A DNA stretch of 64,000 nucleotides from an uncultured delta proteobacterium (GTDB lineage: Bacteria > Desulfobacterota > Binatia > Binatales > Binataceae). Below are positions 40,154 through 50,394 of the stretch, one piece after another. Under the pieces are notes generated by a model. It made no database searches. It was not told where the DNA came from and was given only the letters and a program-made list of their open reading frames with translations. Location: assembly GCA_963808235.1 (NCBI GenBank), contig CAWEEQ010000001.1:64001-128000 (forward strand). The letters run 5' to 3'. A program made the position numbers and the translations under genes. Each line of letters starts with the position of its first letter. Positions within the stretch are counted from its first letter, which is position 1.

Positions 40154-41044
40154 CTAAACGTGGCGCCGCAGAAAGTCGAACATGAGCCGCAGTCCCTCGC
40201 GACACCCCGCGAGCTCCGTCATTTGCATGAACGCGTGCGGCATCTCCTCGACTATGTGCAATTCGTTCTCGATTCCCGCTCGGCTGATTGCATCGGCAAC
40301 AGTGCGCGATTCTCCCACGATGGCATCTGCCGTGCCTGCGATGATAAAGCTCGGCGGTAACGCCCCCGGCTTGATTGCGCGAATCGGACTCACCCGCGGA
40401 TCGTTCAAGGCCGCGGGATAGTTGGCGCCAAGATAGGCCTTGGCCAACGGTTCCGCGGCTTCCTTTGCCATTGCCACAAGACCCGCAAAATCGAACGCGC
40501 CATAAATCAAGATCGCCGCCTTGAATTTTGGTCCCCGCTGAGAGGAAGCAATCGCCGTCAATGCGGCAGCGGTCAGGTTGCCACCGGCCGAATCGCCACC
40601 CATCGCCATCCGCGTCGCATCGCCGCCAAAGCGGCCAGCGTTCTCCGCAGCCCAGTGCGACGTGAACACGCAATCGTCGAACCCGGCTGGAAATGGGTTC
40701 TCCGGCGCGAGTCGGTAGTTCGGCGCGATGGTTAAATATCCCGCCTCGGCGAACTGCTTCACGAGCTTGCGATGCGTCGTGGAACTGCCACGCGTCCACG
40801 CGCCGCCATGAATGTAGATTACGACCGGAAAAGGAGCGCTACCTTTCGGCACTGCGATATCGGCGTATAGCTCGGCCCTGAGATGCACCCCTTCGTGATA
40901 TGCACCGATCACGGGCGGATTGGCATTGAACTCCTCGAAATAGTCCGCGAGCTTCTTTCTCTGCTCGAGAAGAGATCCTTGGTCCGGCTTCAAATAGAAT
41001 TCATTCCAGCGCCGAATTATGTCCTGCTCGTGTAGTGTCAACAT
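40154..41044 (-). CDS. alpha/beta hydrolase, HSL-family esterase
   Basis: HGGAW, YRLAPENPFPA, GDSAGG, HAF. Confidence 0.92.
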   Translation of the reverse strand: MLTLHEQDIIRRWNEFYLKPDQGSLLEQRKKLADYFEEFNANPPVIGAYHEGVHLRAELYADIAVPKGSAPFPVVIYIHGGAWTRGSSTTHRKLVKQFAEAGYLTIAPNYRLAPENPFPAGFDDCVFTSHWAAENAGRFGGDATRMAMGGDSAGGNLTAAALTAIASSQRGPKFKAAILIYGAFDFAGLVAMAKEAAEPLAKAYLGANYPAALNDPRVSPIRAIKPGALPPSFIIAGTADAIVGESRTVADAISRAGIENELHIVEEMPHAFMQMTELAGCREGLRLMFDFLRRHV

Positions 41045-41111
41045 CGCGCACCTCCAAGCAATGAGTGCCCACCACTCGGACTCATTTGCAACCTTCCTCC
41101 CCTCTCAAGAA

Positions 41112-41499
41112 TCAATTTCCGCGACGTTTTTCTTTCGCAGCGGCTGCACCGGATTGAATCAGGCGGTCGATCTCGGCCACGCTATAACCGACCTCCCGAC
41201 CTCCCTTGGAGCCCTCCGTACGTTCGCGGCGATACAGTCCGCGCATGATCGCGCCGAACAATGTTGCCGCAGTTGGATGATCACCCATCGACTAGTCAGA
41301 AGCCAGTGTAGTGGAAGCCTGTACTTGGATAACCCGGAACTGAGGAGAACGTGCGCCAGAGATCGCCGTCTGGCGGCCTTTCGACTTTGACTGCGTCGGC
41401 GTCGAAGTCGGACAGGATAGTGGCAGCCGCCGGTCCGGCTACATAAGTTGCGCAGTTGATCACTTTCAGTCCGGTCAGAATGCCGTCATCTGTTTTCGT
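41112..41499 (-). pseudogene. class III CoA-transferase (CaiB/BaiF) collapsed by internal deletions
   Basis: N-terminal GILTGLKVINCATYVAGPAAATILSDFDADAVKVERPPDGD; middle GDHPTAATLFGAIMRGLYRRERT; C-terminal REVGYSVAEIDRLIQSGA; GGAG RBS with ACG in place of the start codon. Confidence 0.8.
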
Positions 41500-41533
41500 A
41501 AGACTCCCTAGCAGCCGCGAATATTTTTGGCTC

Positions 41534-42046
41534 CTAGCGACCCATCTTCAGGAGATCGTCGCCCGCCCATCCTTCTTTCAGCGGGACCATGAAGAATGGA
41601 GTGAGACTCATTTTGCTAAAGCGCCAGCGCCCATCGCGCTTTAGGTACTCGTCGTTGTAGCGAGCAGCGACGACGTAGCTCTCGCCATTATAAACCGGCT
41701 TGGCTTCCAGGTAGGCGTAGCCACTAGCGCGATCACCGTTGAGCTTCAGGACATGGTTATGGATGAACTGCCGGACGCGATAAAGACCGCGGCGGCTGTC
41801 AGGGGCGGAGCGATCGCGGCCGAGGCCCGAGAAAAACGCCTTGATTTGTTCGCGGCCTTTGGCCTTGCCCAGATGCCCGAAATCGAGTTCGCCGTCCTCC
41901 GTGAAGAGGTCGGGAATCTCTGCCATTTGAGCTTCGTTGATACATTCATGGTAGCGATAGCGCAGATCGCGGAGCGCCTCGCGATCGTAAAGGTCGGCAA
42001 CCTTCGCTTCCAGCTCTTTCACCTTGTCTTCGAGATTAGTAGCCAT
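41534..42046 (-). CDS. SnoaL/NTF2-like protein
   Basis: DREALRDLRYRY, LFTEDG, HNH, RYNDEY.KRDGRWRF. Confidence 0.85.
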   Translation of the reverse strand: MATNLEDKVKELEAKVADLYDREALRDLRYRYHECINEAQMAEIPDLFTEDGELDFGHLGKAKGREQIKAFFSGLGRDRSAPDSRRGLYRVRQFIHNHVLKLNGDRASGYAYLEAKPVYNGESYVVAARYNDEYLKRDGRWRFSKMSLTPFFMVPLKEGWAGDDLLKMGR

Positions 42047-42090
42047 CGTTGTGATCCTCGTAGCTATAGATTGTGCGTGATGCAGGCTAA

Positions 42091-42127
42091 CCTAACCCCG
42101 AACCCCTTCGCTTGAGGGAAGGGGAAC
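42091..42127. repeat. REP-like extragenic hairpin
   Basis: CCTAACCCCGAACCCCTTCGCTTGAGGGAAGGGGAAC: CCCCTTC/GAAGGGG stem in an intergenic spacer; single copy in this window. Confidence 0.5.
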
Positions 42128-42173
42128 AATCGCGTGGGCCGCATCGGGATGGCTTTGTCGCAGTAAAGCCGGT

Positions 42174-43172
42174 CTAGTTCGGCACCCAGGTGACAGCGCG
42201 AATCTCGCCAAACTCGCGACGCACCTTGGTCCACGAATCCCCCGAATCGGTGCTCAAGTACAGGTAACCGTGCAGACTGTTGGCGACGACGACATCGGGG
42301 TTCGCTTGATTTGTTCCGAACCAGTAAATCGTGGAATTTGGCTCGACCGGCAACTTGCACACTTCCCAGCTAGCACCGCCGTCCCGCGACCTTTGGATAG
42401 CGCCGCGCTTGCCTGGGATGAAGTCGCCGTTGCCCACGAAGATCGTGTCGGGATCTCCGGGCTTGAGCGCGACTCCGCGGCAATAGGAGATCGTGTCCCG
42501 TTCCGCGAACCTGGGGAATCCGTGCAGCGACCATGAGTCTCCCTCGTCAAGGCTACTCCAGATTCCGTCTGGCGTCGTAACCAACAGCTTGGTCTTGAGG
42601 CCAGTCGCGAGCGCCACACCATGGACGTCGTGGTTGAGTTCCTTGTCACCGATTTTTGAATGTTTCCAGGTCTGGCCGTCATCGCGGCTGCAGTAGACCC
42701 CGTCGATTTCGACACCCACCCATATGGTGCGCTTGTCACGCGGATCGATCAGGATGTTGGTAACTTTTGGCGCGCCAGCAAGGCATCGCTCGGCCATCGG
42801 CACCGGCAGTCGATGCCAGCTTTTGCCGCGATCGTTCGTTCGGTAGACCCCGGGCTCCTTGGTGCCCGCGAGCATCGTGTCAGGATCGGCCGGATGGAAG
42901 GTCGCCGACCAGATCTGTTTGCCTTCCATCGGCGAGTCGATCCAGTCCCAGGTCGCACCATTGTCTTCGCTTCGATAAAGTCCCGCCTCGGAACCAGCCA
43001 GGAGGTGGTGAGGATTGTGGGGTGATACGGCGAGCGTGCGAACCTGTATTTCGCCGGGCTCGGCATAGAACGGCAGCTTCATCTTGCTGCGCCGCCAATG
43101 GTCGCCGCCGTCAGGGCTGAACCATACTCCCGCGCCTACCGTTCCAACGCAGATTGTAAAGTCGTTCGCCAT
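42174..43172 (-). CDS. BNR/Asp-box beta-propeller protein (cytoplasmic, no signal peptide)
   Basis: seven S.D.G..W repeats. Confidence 0.85.
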   Translation of the reverse strand: MANDFTICVGTVGAGVWFSPDGGDHWRRSKMKLPFYAEPGEIQVRTLAVSPHNPHHLLAGSEAGLYRSEDNGATWDWIDSPMEGKQIWSATFHPADPDTMLAGTKEPGVYRTNDRGKSWHRLPVPMAERCLAGAPKVTNILIDPRDKRTIWVGVEIDGVYCSRDDGQTWKHSKIGDKELNHDVHGVALATGLKTKLLVTTPDGIWSSLDEGDSWSLHGFPRFAERDTISYCRGVALKPGDPDTIFVGNGDFIPGKRGAIQRSRDGGASWEVCKLPVEPNSTIYWFGTNQANPDVVVANSLHGYLYLSTDSGDSWTKVRREFGEIRAVTWVPN

Positions 43173-43241
43173 TGGCCCGGACCTCCAGCGGAGTTCGCTT
43201 TCATCTCGACGCTAGCGACCGCATCGGCGAAAAGTCAAATC

Positions 43242-44258
43242 TCAACCGGGTCCTCGCGCACCCCGCTGTTTGGGATGCTCCAGTACCGCCGGATTCGCCA
43301 CCCGGATCGGCGCGCCATTAACGAATGCGACCACTGCGTCCAGGGTGTCGGTGTAAAACGCGGTCAGCGTCTCGTGCGTGACGTAGCCAAGATGCGGCGT
43401 GACGATGACGTTGTCCAGGGTGCGGAAAGGATGGGCGGCCGCTGGCGGCTCTTCGTCGAACACGTCGATTCCCGCGCCCGCGATTCGGCCGGAGCGGAGC
43501 GCAGCGAGTAGATCCGCTTCGACTACGATCGGCCCGCGCGAGGTGTTGATCAGGTAAGCGTCGGGCTTCATCATCGCGAGTTCATGCGCCGTCACCAGCC
43601 CGCGAGTCCGATCGCTCAATACCAGGTGAATCGAGAGAACGTCGGCCTGCCGGAAGAGCTCATCTTTCTCCACGCGCCGCGCGCCGGCAGACGCGGCAGT
43701 TTCATCGGTGAGATTCTGACTCCAGGCGATCACCTGCATCCCGAAAGCGCGTCCATACGCGGCCATCCGCTTGCCGATTCGCCCGAGCCCCAGCAGTCCG
43801 AGCGTGCGTCCAGCAAGGATGCTACCGACCGTGCTCTGCCATCCGCCTTCGCGCATCCGCCGCATCTCGAAACCAAGATGGCGAACGGTTGCGATCATCA
43901 GCCCCCACGTAAGTTCCGGTGTTGCGTTGGCGATGTTGGCGAAGATCGGGTTGGCAAAATTGGAATGCGCTACGATCACACCGTGCTCGGTCGCCGCCGC
44001 CAGGTCGAGGTTGGGCAGTGACATCCCGATGATCGTCACGAGCTTCAGATCGGGCAGGCGCTGGAACAGGCTCCGCGGCAGACTCATCCGCTCGCGGATG
44101 GTGCAGAGCACCTCGAAAGGTCTGAGCAGCGCCGCGGCTTCGTCTTCGGACAGATGCCGATCAAAGACGGTAATTTCCGCCCTGCCCTTGAGCACTGACC
44201 AGTCAGCCGATTTAAGCGCGACCCTGGCGTAGTCATCGAGAAGCGCGATCTTAAGCAT
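43242..44258 (-). CDS. D-isomer-specific 2-hydroxyacid dehydrogenase family
   Basis: GLLGLGRIG, LINTSRG, DVFDEEP, TPHLGY. Confidence 0.92.
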   Translation of the reverse strand: MLKIALLDDYARVALKSADWSVLKGRAEITVFDRHLSEDEAAALLRPFEVLCTIRERMSLPRSLFQRLPDLKLVTIIGMSLPNLDLAAATEHGVIVAHSNFANPIFANIANATPELTWGLMIATVRHLGFEMRRMREGGWQSTVGSILAGRTLGLLGLGRIGKRMAAYGRAFGMQVIAWSQNLTDETAASAGARRVEKDELFRQADVLSIHLVLSDRTRGLVTAHELAMMKPDAYLINTSRGPIVVEADLLAALRSGRIAGAGIDVFDEEPPAAAHPFRTLDNVIVTPHLGYVTHETLTAFYTDTLDAVVAFVNGAPIRVANPAVLEHPKQRGARGPG

Positions 44259-44301
44259 TGTGAGCAGTCACACTTCACTCCGAGCAGGCCCATAAACGCG
44301 C

Positions 44302-44731
44302 TCAGTGCACGCGTTGATCGAACTGCAGAATCGTTCCGTCCGGATCCTCGAACAAACAAGTCAGGACCTTTCCGCCCTCCTTCTCGCCGTATGCGATCGA
44401 GTCGGCGGCATAGGGCGGCACCAGGATCTTGACGCCGGCGCTTTTGAGCTTCTCCACTCGTTTCTCTAGATCATCAACCCGGAACGCGAAGTGATGAAGC
44501 CCTACCTTGGTGAAGGCGGAGCGGCTTGCCCGACGCCTCCCGTCCAAGGGTTTGGGAGAGCACGATGAATCCGCCATCCTTCGCCCATCGCAGATAAACT
44601 GCGTGGCGCGAGCCGGAGCCAATCTTCTCCTCGGTATCGAGCATCACTTCGAGTCCGAGCAAATCCCGGTAGAACGGAAGCGAACGCACCATGTCGCTCA
44701 CTCCGATTGCGACATGTGAAATTCCTTTCAT
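44302..44731 (-). CDS. VOC (glyoxalase/epimerase) family protein, frameshift near 44510
   Basis: ISHVAIGVSDMVRSLPFYRDLLG in one frame; GLHHFAFRVDDL...EDPDG in another. Confidence 0.8.
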
Positions 44732-44733
44732 GC

Positions 44734-45906
44734 CTAATTCAGCTCGATGTTGTAGAGCTTCGCCGCATTATCGCAAACGATTTTCCTGGTTACTGGCTCC
44801 GGCACTCCCTCGAAATCCTGCTTGATGACTTTAAGTGAGTTTGGCCAGGTCGAATCGGTATGCGGGAAGTCCGACGCCCACATGTAATTATCTTCGCCGA
44901 AGAATTTGTATGTCATCGGACCGATTGCGTCGTCCTGGAACGTTGCCCAAATATTCCGCCGCACGTACTCCGACGGCTTCATCTTGAGTTTCGTATCCTC
45001 GCGCATCGTCCCGAACTTCTCGTACATATGATCGCTGCGGTACATGAAGTGCGCGATCCAGCCGGTGTCGTTCTCGGCCGAGACGACGCGAAGCTCCGGA
45101 AAGCGCTCGAACACCTTGCCGAAGATGAAGCTCGAGAGCGTGCGCTGCACCAGGTAAACCGGCTGCATCGTGCCGAGCAGCATCCTGAGTCCACCGCTCA
45201 GGATCTGGTTGTTTTCCTCCCGATGGTTTTCCTCGGACCGCTCGCCGGTCTTGTCGCGACGCCGTCCCTTCTGGTCGCGCTGCGTGATGACATGCAGCGA
45301 CAGCGGCATCTTCATTTCCTGCGCCGCCGCCCAGAACGGATCGTAAAGCTCGCTATAGTAGGGCTTGTCCTCCGGCGGCACTCCCCAGATCATCGCGCCT
45401 TTGAGTCCCATCTTCGCGCATCGCTCCAGCTCCGCGACTGCAAGCGGGATGTCATCAAGCGAGATTAGCGCCACCGGATGCAGCCGCTTGGGGCTATATG
45501 AGCGGAATTGCCCGACCCAATCGTTGTACACGGCGAAACACGCACGGCGCAGTTCGTCGTCGTCGAGCCCGAACAGCGGCATCCCGAGTGTGGTGTAGAT
45601 CACCTCGGCCTGCACGCCGTCGATATCCTGATCCTTGATTCGCTCCGCGGGGTCCCAGCCGCTCGGCCGCGCCGCCTCGTAGCCCTTCTTCAGATGCTCC
45701 TTCAATTCTTCGCCGCTCTTGCCGATGCCGAAGCCGCCCGCGACCGGGAACGGCCGCACCCCGGGTGCGATAAAGAGATAGCCCTTGCCACTCTCGCTCT
45801 TGATCACTTTCGGCGCTCGGTCTTGAAATTTGCTGTCGAGCCGCGTCTCCCAGAGATCGGCGGGCTCCATCATGTGGGAGTCGGCGGAGATCACACGCAT
45901 GTCCAT
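44734..45906 (-). CDS. amidohydrolase_2 family protein
   Basis: ISADSH, DQDIDGV, LSLH, WASDFPH. Confidence 0.9.
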   Translation of the reverse strand: MDMRVISADSHMMEPADLWETRLDSKFQDRAPKVIKSESGKGYLFIAPGVRPFPVAGGFGIGKSGEELKEHLKKGYEAARPSGWDPAERIKDQDIDGVQAEVIYTTLGMPLFGLDDDELRRACFAVYNDWVGQFRSYSPKRLHPVALISLDDIPLAVAELERCAKMGLKGAMIWGVPPEDKPYYSELYDPFWAAAQEMKMPLSLHVITQRDQKGRRRDKTGERSEENHREENNQILSGGLRMLLGTMQPVYLVQRTLSSFIFGKVFERFPELRVVSAENDTGWIAHFMYRSDHMYEKFGTMREDTKLKMKPSEYVRRNIWATFQDDAIGPMTYKFFGEDNYMWASDFPHTDSTWPNSLKVIKQDFEGVPEPVTRKIVCDNAAKLYNIELN

Positions 45907-46148
45907 TGGGAGTCCCTCCTGATTAGTGAAGGCTGCCAGTCTGCCTCAGTTTTTCTAATCGGATGTATCGCACCTCCTCACCGTTGAGGGCAAGGCTGAC
46001 CCCGTTCCTGATCGTGGCGCAGCGAAGTCGAGGATGGGATACAAAATCGAGCGCGGCTCTTGGAGAGCTCTTTCAGGCGGTGGTATAGGGGTTCTATAGC
46101 CTGGTACGACTACCATCCATTGTTCCGAGACACACCAGGAAGATCAGT

Positions 46149-47774
46149 ATGACGGATTCACTTCAGAAGGCCTCGGATGCTCGATCAGGACGCGTCGAAA
46201 ACTTTGACGCGATCGTGATCGGTGCGGGGGTGTCGGGATTGTATCAACTCTATCGCTTACGCGAACTCGGGATCTCGGTGCGATGCCTGGAGGACGGCGA
46301 CGGCGTTGGCGGCACCTGGTATTGGAACCGCTATCCGGGATGCCGCTTCGATTCGGAGAGCGAAAGTTACGGCTATTCGTTCTCAAAAGAGCTCCTTCAG
46401 GAGTGGGACTGGAAGGAACATTATTCCGGGCAGCCGGAGAACGAGCGCTATTTAAACTATGTAGCAGACAAGTTTGATCTGCGTCGCGACATCCAATTCA
46501 ATTCCCGGGTCACTTCAGCGGTCTTCGACGAGCGCGCAAACCGATGGGAAGTCCAGTTGGAGAGCGGACAACGGATGCGCGCGCAGTTTCTGATCGCCGC
46601 AGTCGGAATTTTGTCTGCGCGCAACATTCCGCCATTCGAGGGAGTCGACAGCTTCAAGGGTGAGTCATTCCACACATCCAGATGGCCCAAGGAGAAAGTC
46701 GATTTCACCGGCAAGCGTGTCGCAGTCATCGGCACCGGCGCCACCGCCGTCCAAATGATCCCAATTATCGCCAAAGAAGTCGGCCATCTCACGGTCTTCC
46801 AACGCACCGCAAACTACACCGCGCCGCTGCGAAACTCTTTGGTGAGCGACGAGACTCAGCGACGCTTCAAAGCTACCTACCCGGAGATTCACAAGAGGTG
46901 CAAAGAAACTACCGGCGGATTCCTCCATGACTTCGACCGGCGCGCGGCCCTGGATCTCCCGCGCGAGGAACGGCGCGCGGTGTACGAGCAATTGTGGGCG
47001 CTGCCTGGATTCGGCAAGTGGCTGGGCAACTTCAGGGACATCATGACCGACCGCGTTGCCAATGAGGACTTCGCCGAGTTTGTGCGGGAGAAGATCCGTG
47101 CGCGTGTGAAAGATCCGGCGGTGGCAGAAAAGTTGGTGCCGAAGGACCATCCGTTCGGCTCAAAGCGCGTGCCTTTAGAGACCGAATACTATGAGGCCTA
47201 CAACCGCGACAATGTTCAGCTGGTCGATATCAAGGAGACCCCAATCGAACGCATCACGCCTACAAGTATCAAGACCAGCGGTCGGGAGTACGAGTTTGAC
47301 GTCATCATCTACGCCACGGGCTTCGACGCGATAACTGGATCGATGACGCGGATCGATTTTCGCGGCGAGGGTGGACAGAGTCTCAAGGACAAATGGGCCA
47401 ATGGGATGCGCACTTACCTGCAACTTGTGACGGCCGGGTTTCCGAACCTCTTTATCGCCACCAATACCGCGTTCTGCAACTACACCGTTTGCGCTGAGAC
47501 GATCGTTGAGTGGATCACCGACTGCATCCGCTATGTTCGCGAAAACGGCTATTCACGCATCGCAGCCACACCGCACGCGGAAGATGAGTGGGTGGCGCAC
47601 ACCAACGAGGTCGGCAGTCGCACGCTATTGAGCAGTGCCAATGGATGGTTTGTTGGGGGAAACATTGAAGGTAAGGCGCGCGCGTTTCTTCTTTATGCAA
47701 ACCCCGCTCCCGCCTATCGGGCCAAGTGTGCAGAAGTAGCGGCGAAGGGCTACGAAGGTTTTGTCTTGCAATAG
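46149..47774 (+). CDS. type I Baeyer-Villiger monooxygenase
   Basis: GAGVSG, GGTWYWNRYPG.R.D, FKGESFHTSRWP fingerprint, GTGATA, ATGF. Confidence 0.93.
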   Translation: MTDSLQKASDARSGRVENFDAIVIGAGVSGLYQLYRLRELGISVRCLEDGDGVGGTWYWNRYPGCRFDSESESYGYSFSKELLQEWDWKEHYSGQPENERYLNYVADKFDLRRDIQFNSRVTSAVFDERANRWEVQLESGQRMRAQFLIAAVGILSARNIPPFEGVDSFKGESFHTSRWPKEKVDFTGKRVAVIGTGATAVQMIPIIAKEVGHLTVFQRTANYTAPLRNSLVSDETQRRFKATYPEIHKRCKETTGGFLHDFDRRAALDLPREERRAVYEQLWALPGFGKWLGNFRDIMTDRVANEDFAEFVREKIRARVKDPAVAEKLVPKDHPFGSKRVPLETEYYEAYNRDNVQLVDIKETPIERITPTSIKTSGREYEFDVIIYATGFDAITGSMTRIDFRGEGGQSLKDKWANGMRTYLQLVTAGFPNLFIATNTAFCNYTVCAETIVEWITDCIRYVRENGYSRIAATPHAEDEWVAHTNEVGSRTLLSSANGWFVGGNIEGKARAFLLYANPAPAYRAKCAEVAAKGYEGFVLQ

Positions 47775-47839
47775 AGAATTTTTATCCATCGAAGGATTAG
47801 ACAAGTATCAACTGAGTGGCGGCGCGCAAGTGAAGCGCG

Positions 47840-48781
47840 CTAGTTCCATGTCGGCCGGTAGCCGTTGGTCTTCACCGCCAAAGCAAGTTCGTTGCACACT
47901 TCCGAGAGAGTCTCAGGACAGAAGAAATAGTAACGAACCCGGGTAATTGCACCTTCGTGTTCGTCGAGTCGCGCCAAACTCTTCACCGCATTTCCGTCGT
48001 TCTCCCTCGCCCAGAGGACTACGATTAGCTCGCCGCCAAATTCTCGCATCTCAGCCCGCCATGCATCAGAACTGGCGAAAGTGTGATGCAGGATACTCTT
48101 ACCACTCTTTCCGACCGATTCCCGCCCATTCTCCACAAACATCCCGACCATCTCCGAGCTCACATCTTCTCGCATCACGGCGAGCAGGCGGCTCAAGTCG
48201 CGGGCGTTGAATGCGTCTACAAATTCCTTCACCAGTGAGGCCGAGGAGCTTGGCTTGGTTTCATTTTCCCGCATTTTCTCAGGCATCTCATGGAGCTTCG
48301 CTCGTCCGCGGTGCAGGCCAGCTTTGACAGCGCCGACCGTAACGTCTAACGCACGAGCTGTTTCTTCCAAGCTGAAATCGAAAACATCTTTAAGAAGAAC
48401 GGTCGCTCGTTCCATTGGCGGCAGATGCGTGAGCAACTTCCGGGCGGCATCACGAATCTCGTATGGTTGCGCTAATTCCGCCTGGACGAGTTCCGGAAAA
48501 TCCGCTGAGGCGACTTCTCGTAAGCCGCGGAATTTATCGATCCACAAATTACTGGCGACCTTGAACATGTAGGATCGCACGTTCTCAATCGGTTCCGACG
48601 CCTGCGAAAGACGAGCAAACGCCCGAAGCAACGTGTCTTGGACCAGGTCCTCCCCGTCCCAGACCGAGCCGCTCAACGAACGACAATACTTATGCAGGTC
48701 AGGGCGCAGAGACTCAGTCCGCTCAAGGAAGAGGTGCCACGCTCCTTTTACGGGACCGACGATTTCATCACTTATCTTCAT
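47840..48781 (-). CDS. ECF sigma factor with C-terminal SnoaL-like extension (ECF41/ECF56-like)
   Basis: DGEDLVQDTLLRAF, LPPMERATVLLKDVFDFS...AVKAGLHRGR, FVDAFNARD. Confidence 0.9.
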   Translation of the reverse strand: MKISDEIVGPVKGAWHLFLERTESLRPDLHKYCRSLSGSVWDGEDLVQDTLLRAFARLSQASEPIENVRSYMFKVASNLWIDKFRGLREVASADFPELVQAELAQPYEIRDAARKLLTHLPPMERATVLLKDVFDFSLEETARALDVTVGAVKAGLHRGRAKLHEMPEKMRENETKPSSSASLVKEFVDAFNARDLSRLLAVMREDVSSEMVGMFVENGRESVGKSGKSILHHTFASSDAWRAEMREFGGELIVVLWARENDGNAVKSLARLDEHEGAITRVRYYFFCPETLSEVCNELALAVKTNGYRPTWN

Positions 48782-48810
48782 TTTGGCTTCCGCGCTCCTT
48801 CTGATCTAAA

Positions 48811-48836
48811 GACGATCCGGCCATGCTGAAAGATAC
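48811..48836 (-). promoter_or_regulatory. putative ECF autoregulatory promoter
   Basis: GTATC-N17-CGTC about 30 nt upstream of the ECF start; CGTC is a typical ECF -10. Confidence 0.45.
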
Positions 48837-48939
48837 GACGAGTTGCACATGCGCGGCCCGATTGTCGCCTTCCTGCGGGCGGTTGGATCCACCCACATGA
48901 GGAGTTGCGCTACAGCCTACGAAGGGAGAAGTCCGCCGT

Positions 48940-49713
48940 TCACTTGCCGGCGAAGTGCGGTTCGCGCTTCTCCAGGAACGATCGAACTCCTTCGCGATGG
49001 TCTTCGGTCTTGAACAGTTCGGCCAGGCTGGTACTGACCCACGCTCCAAGTTCCTTCCAATCCGGATCGAGTGCGCGGCGGAGTCCATTCTTCAATTTTT
49101 TGATTGCAAGCGGCGGATTCGATGCGATCCTGCGCGCGAGCTCGGTCGCGGCCGGGATCAACTGTTCGTGTGGCACAACGCGGGAGACGAGCCGAATTTG
49201 CAACGCTCGATTGGCATCGATGATGTCGCCGGTGAACAGCAGCTCCGCCGCAGTCTCGCGCCCCACTAGCTGCGCGAGGCGCCCGATTCCCGGTACGTCG
49301 CAGCATAGTCCGCGCTTGATGAAGAGCTCACCGAAGCGCGCTTTCTCCGACGCCACGCGTATATCTGCCATCAGCGACAGCTCCATTCCCCATCCGATAG
49401 CGGCGCCATTCACTGCCGCAATGATGGGAATGTCGGTATGCAGCAGCGCGTCGGCTGCCGGCGTGAGCCGTGGTGCGAGATTGGTGACAGCAGGACGCGC
49501 GCCCTCGCCGCCGGCCATGATCTGCTTTACGTCGTCGCCCGAGCAGAAAGCCGGATCGGCACCCGTGATGACGAGGCATCGCACGGCCGCGTTGCGCACC
49601 GCATCTTCGAGTTCGCGGTAAGTCGTGAAGGTCAGAGCATTGCGCGCCTCGGGGCGGCGCAGAGTGATCACGCCAACATGTCCGTCAACGTCGTAGCTCA
49701 ACTCGGTGTACAT
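48940..49713 (-). CDS. enoyl-CoA hydratase/isomerase (crotonase) family
   Basis: AFCSGDD, IAAVNGAAIGWGMEL, DHREGVRSFLEKR. Confidence 0.92.
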   Translation of the reverse strand: MYTELSYDVDGHVGVITLRRPEARNALTFTTYRELEDAVRNAAVRCLVITGADPAFCSGDDVKQIMAGGEGARPAVTNLAPRLTPAADALLHTDIPIIAAVNGAAIGWGMELSLMADIRVASEKARFGELFIKRGLCCDVPGIGRLAQLVGRETAAELLFTGDIIDANRALQIRLVSRVVPHEQLIPAATELARRIASNPPLAIKKLKNGLRRALDPDWKELGAWVSTSLAELFKTEDHREGVRSFLEKREPHFAGK

Positions 49714-49842
49714 ATCGCTGGTCGCTCCTCGATGGCTAAGAGATTCGCTTCTCACTGTGAGAATCCCACGCACGCGGCAGCGGCGTCAAAGGTTTGCTTT
49801 CCGATGCAACTGCTTTTCCGCCAATTGACAGACACCATTTCG

Positions 49843-50020
49843 TCAAGGCCTTGGATAAAAGAGAATCCGGTTGTTGCCACTGTCGCCCATGTACAACTCT
49901 TGGCTCGAGTCAATTTCGATACCAAGCCCACTCGCTTGAGACGCCAACGGCGCTGGGGAGTTTAGCTCCCTCTTTGACGAAGCGTTTGCGACCGAGGATA
50001 ACCTCTAACTGAAAAGACAA
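49843..50020 (-). pseudogene. C-terminal remnant of an NHL-repeat protein
   Basis: GIEIDSSQELYMGDSGNNRILFYPRP* resembles an NHL blade; upstream VILGRKRF lies in another frame. Confidence 0.4.
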
Positions 50021-50394
50021 TCCAACGAGGCAAAACCCAAGGATCGGCTCAAAGGCAAAGTTGCTCCGATTTCGGACGGCGCGCCTGAAATGCGTGCGGA
50101 GATGCGCACGGGCTTTCCTTGTCGGCACCGGGTCAACGTCTGCCGCTCAGCTAGGTCCACGGGCTGCTTTAAACTCTGGGCGGTCCGTGCTCTGCTTGGG
50201 TGAAATAGGCGAGTTATAACCGGGTCCGAACGGTGGCAGGTACCGAGGAGTGATAAGCGTCAACTCGCCGTCACGGATATAGCGTGCTGACAGCTCGAGG
50301 TGCATCTCGACTCAACTTTCCTAATCATTCGGATAGAAATGTTACTTATTTCGTTTGCCTCGCTCGAAAGAATGGTCAGCTTTAAGAGGATGGC

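Noticed and set aside
39684-40799. 371-aa ORF suggesting a long MaoC fusion
   Set aside because: The N-terminal ~215 aa overlap the esterase in another frame; the real gene starts at 40151 or 40124.
50023-50075. GGCAAAACC...GGCAAAG resembling a c-di-GMP-I riboswitch
   Set aside because: Lacks the GNRA-capped P2 stem and the GGGACGCAAAG context; I could not build the fold. An Infernal/Rfam search would settle it.
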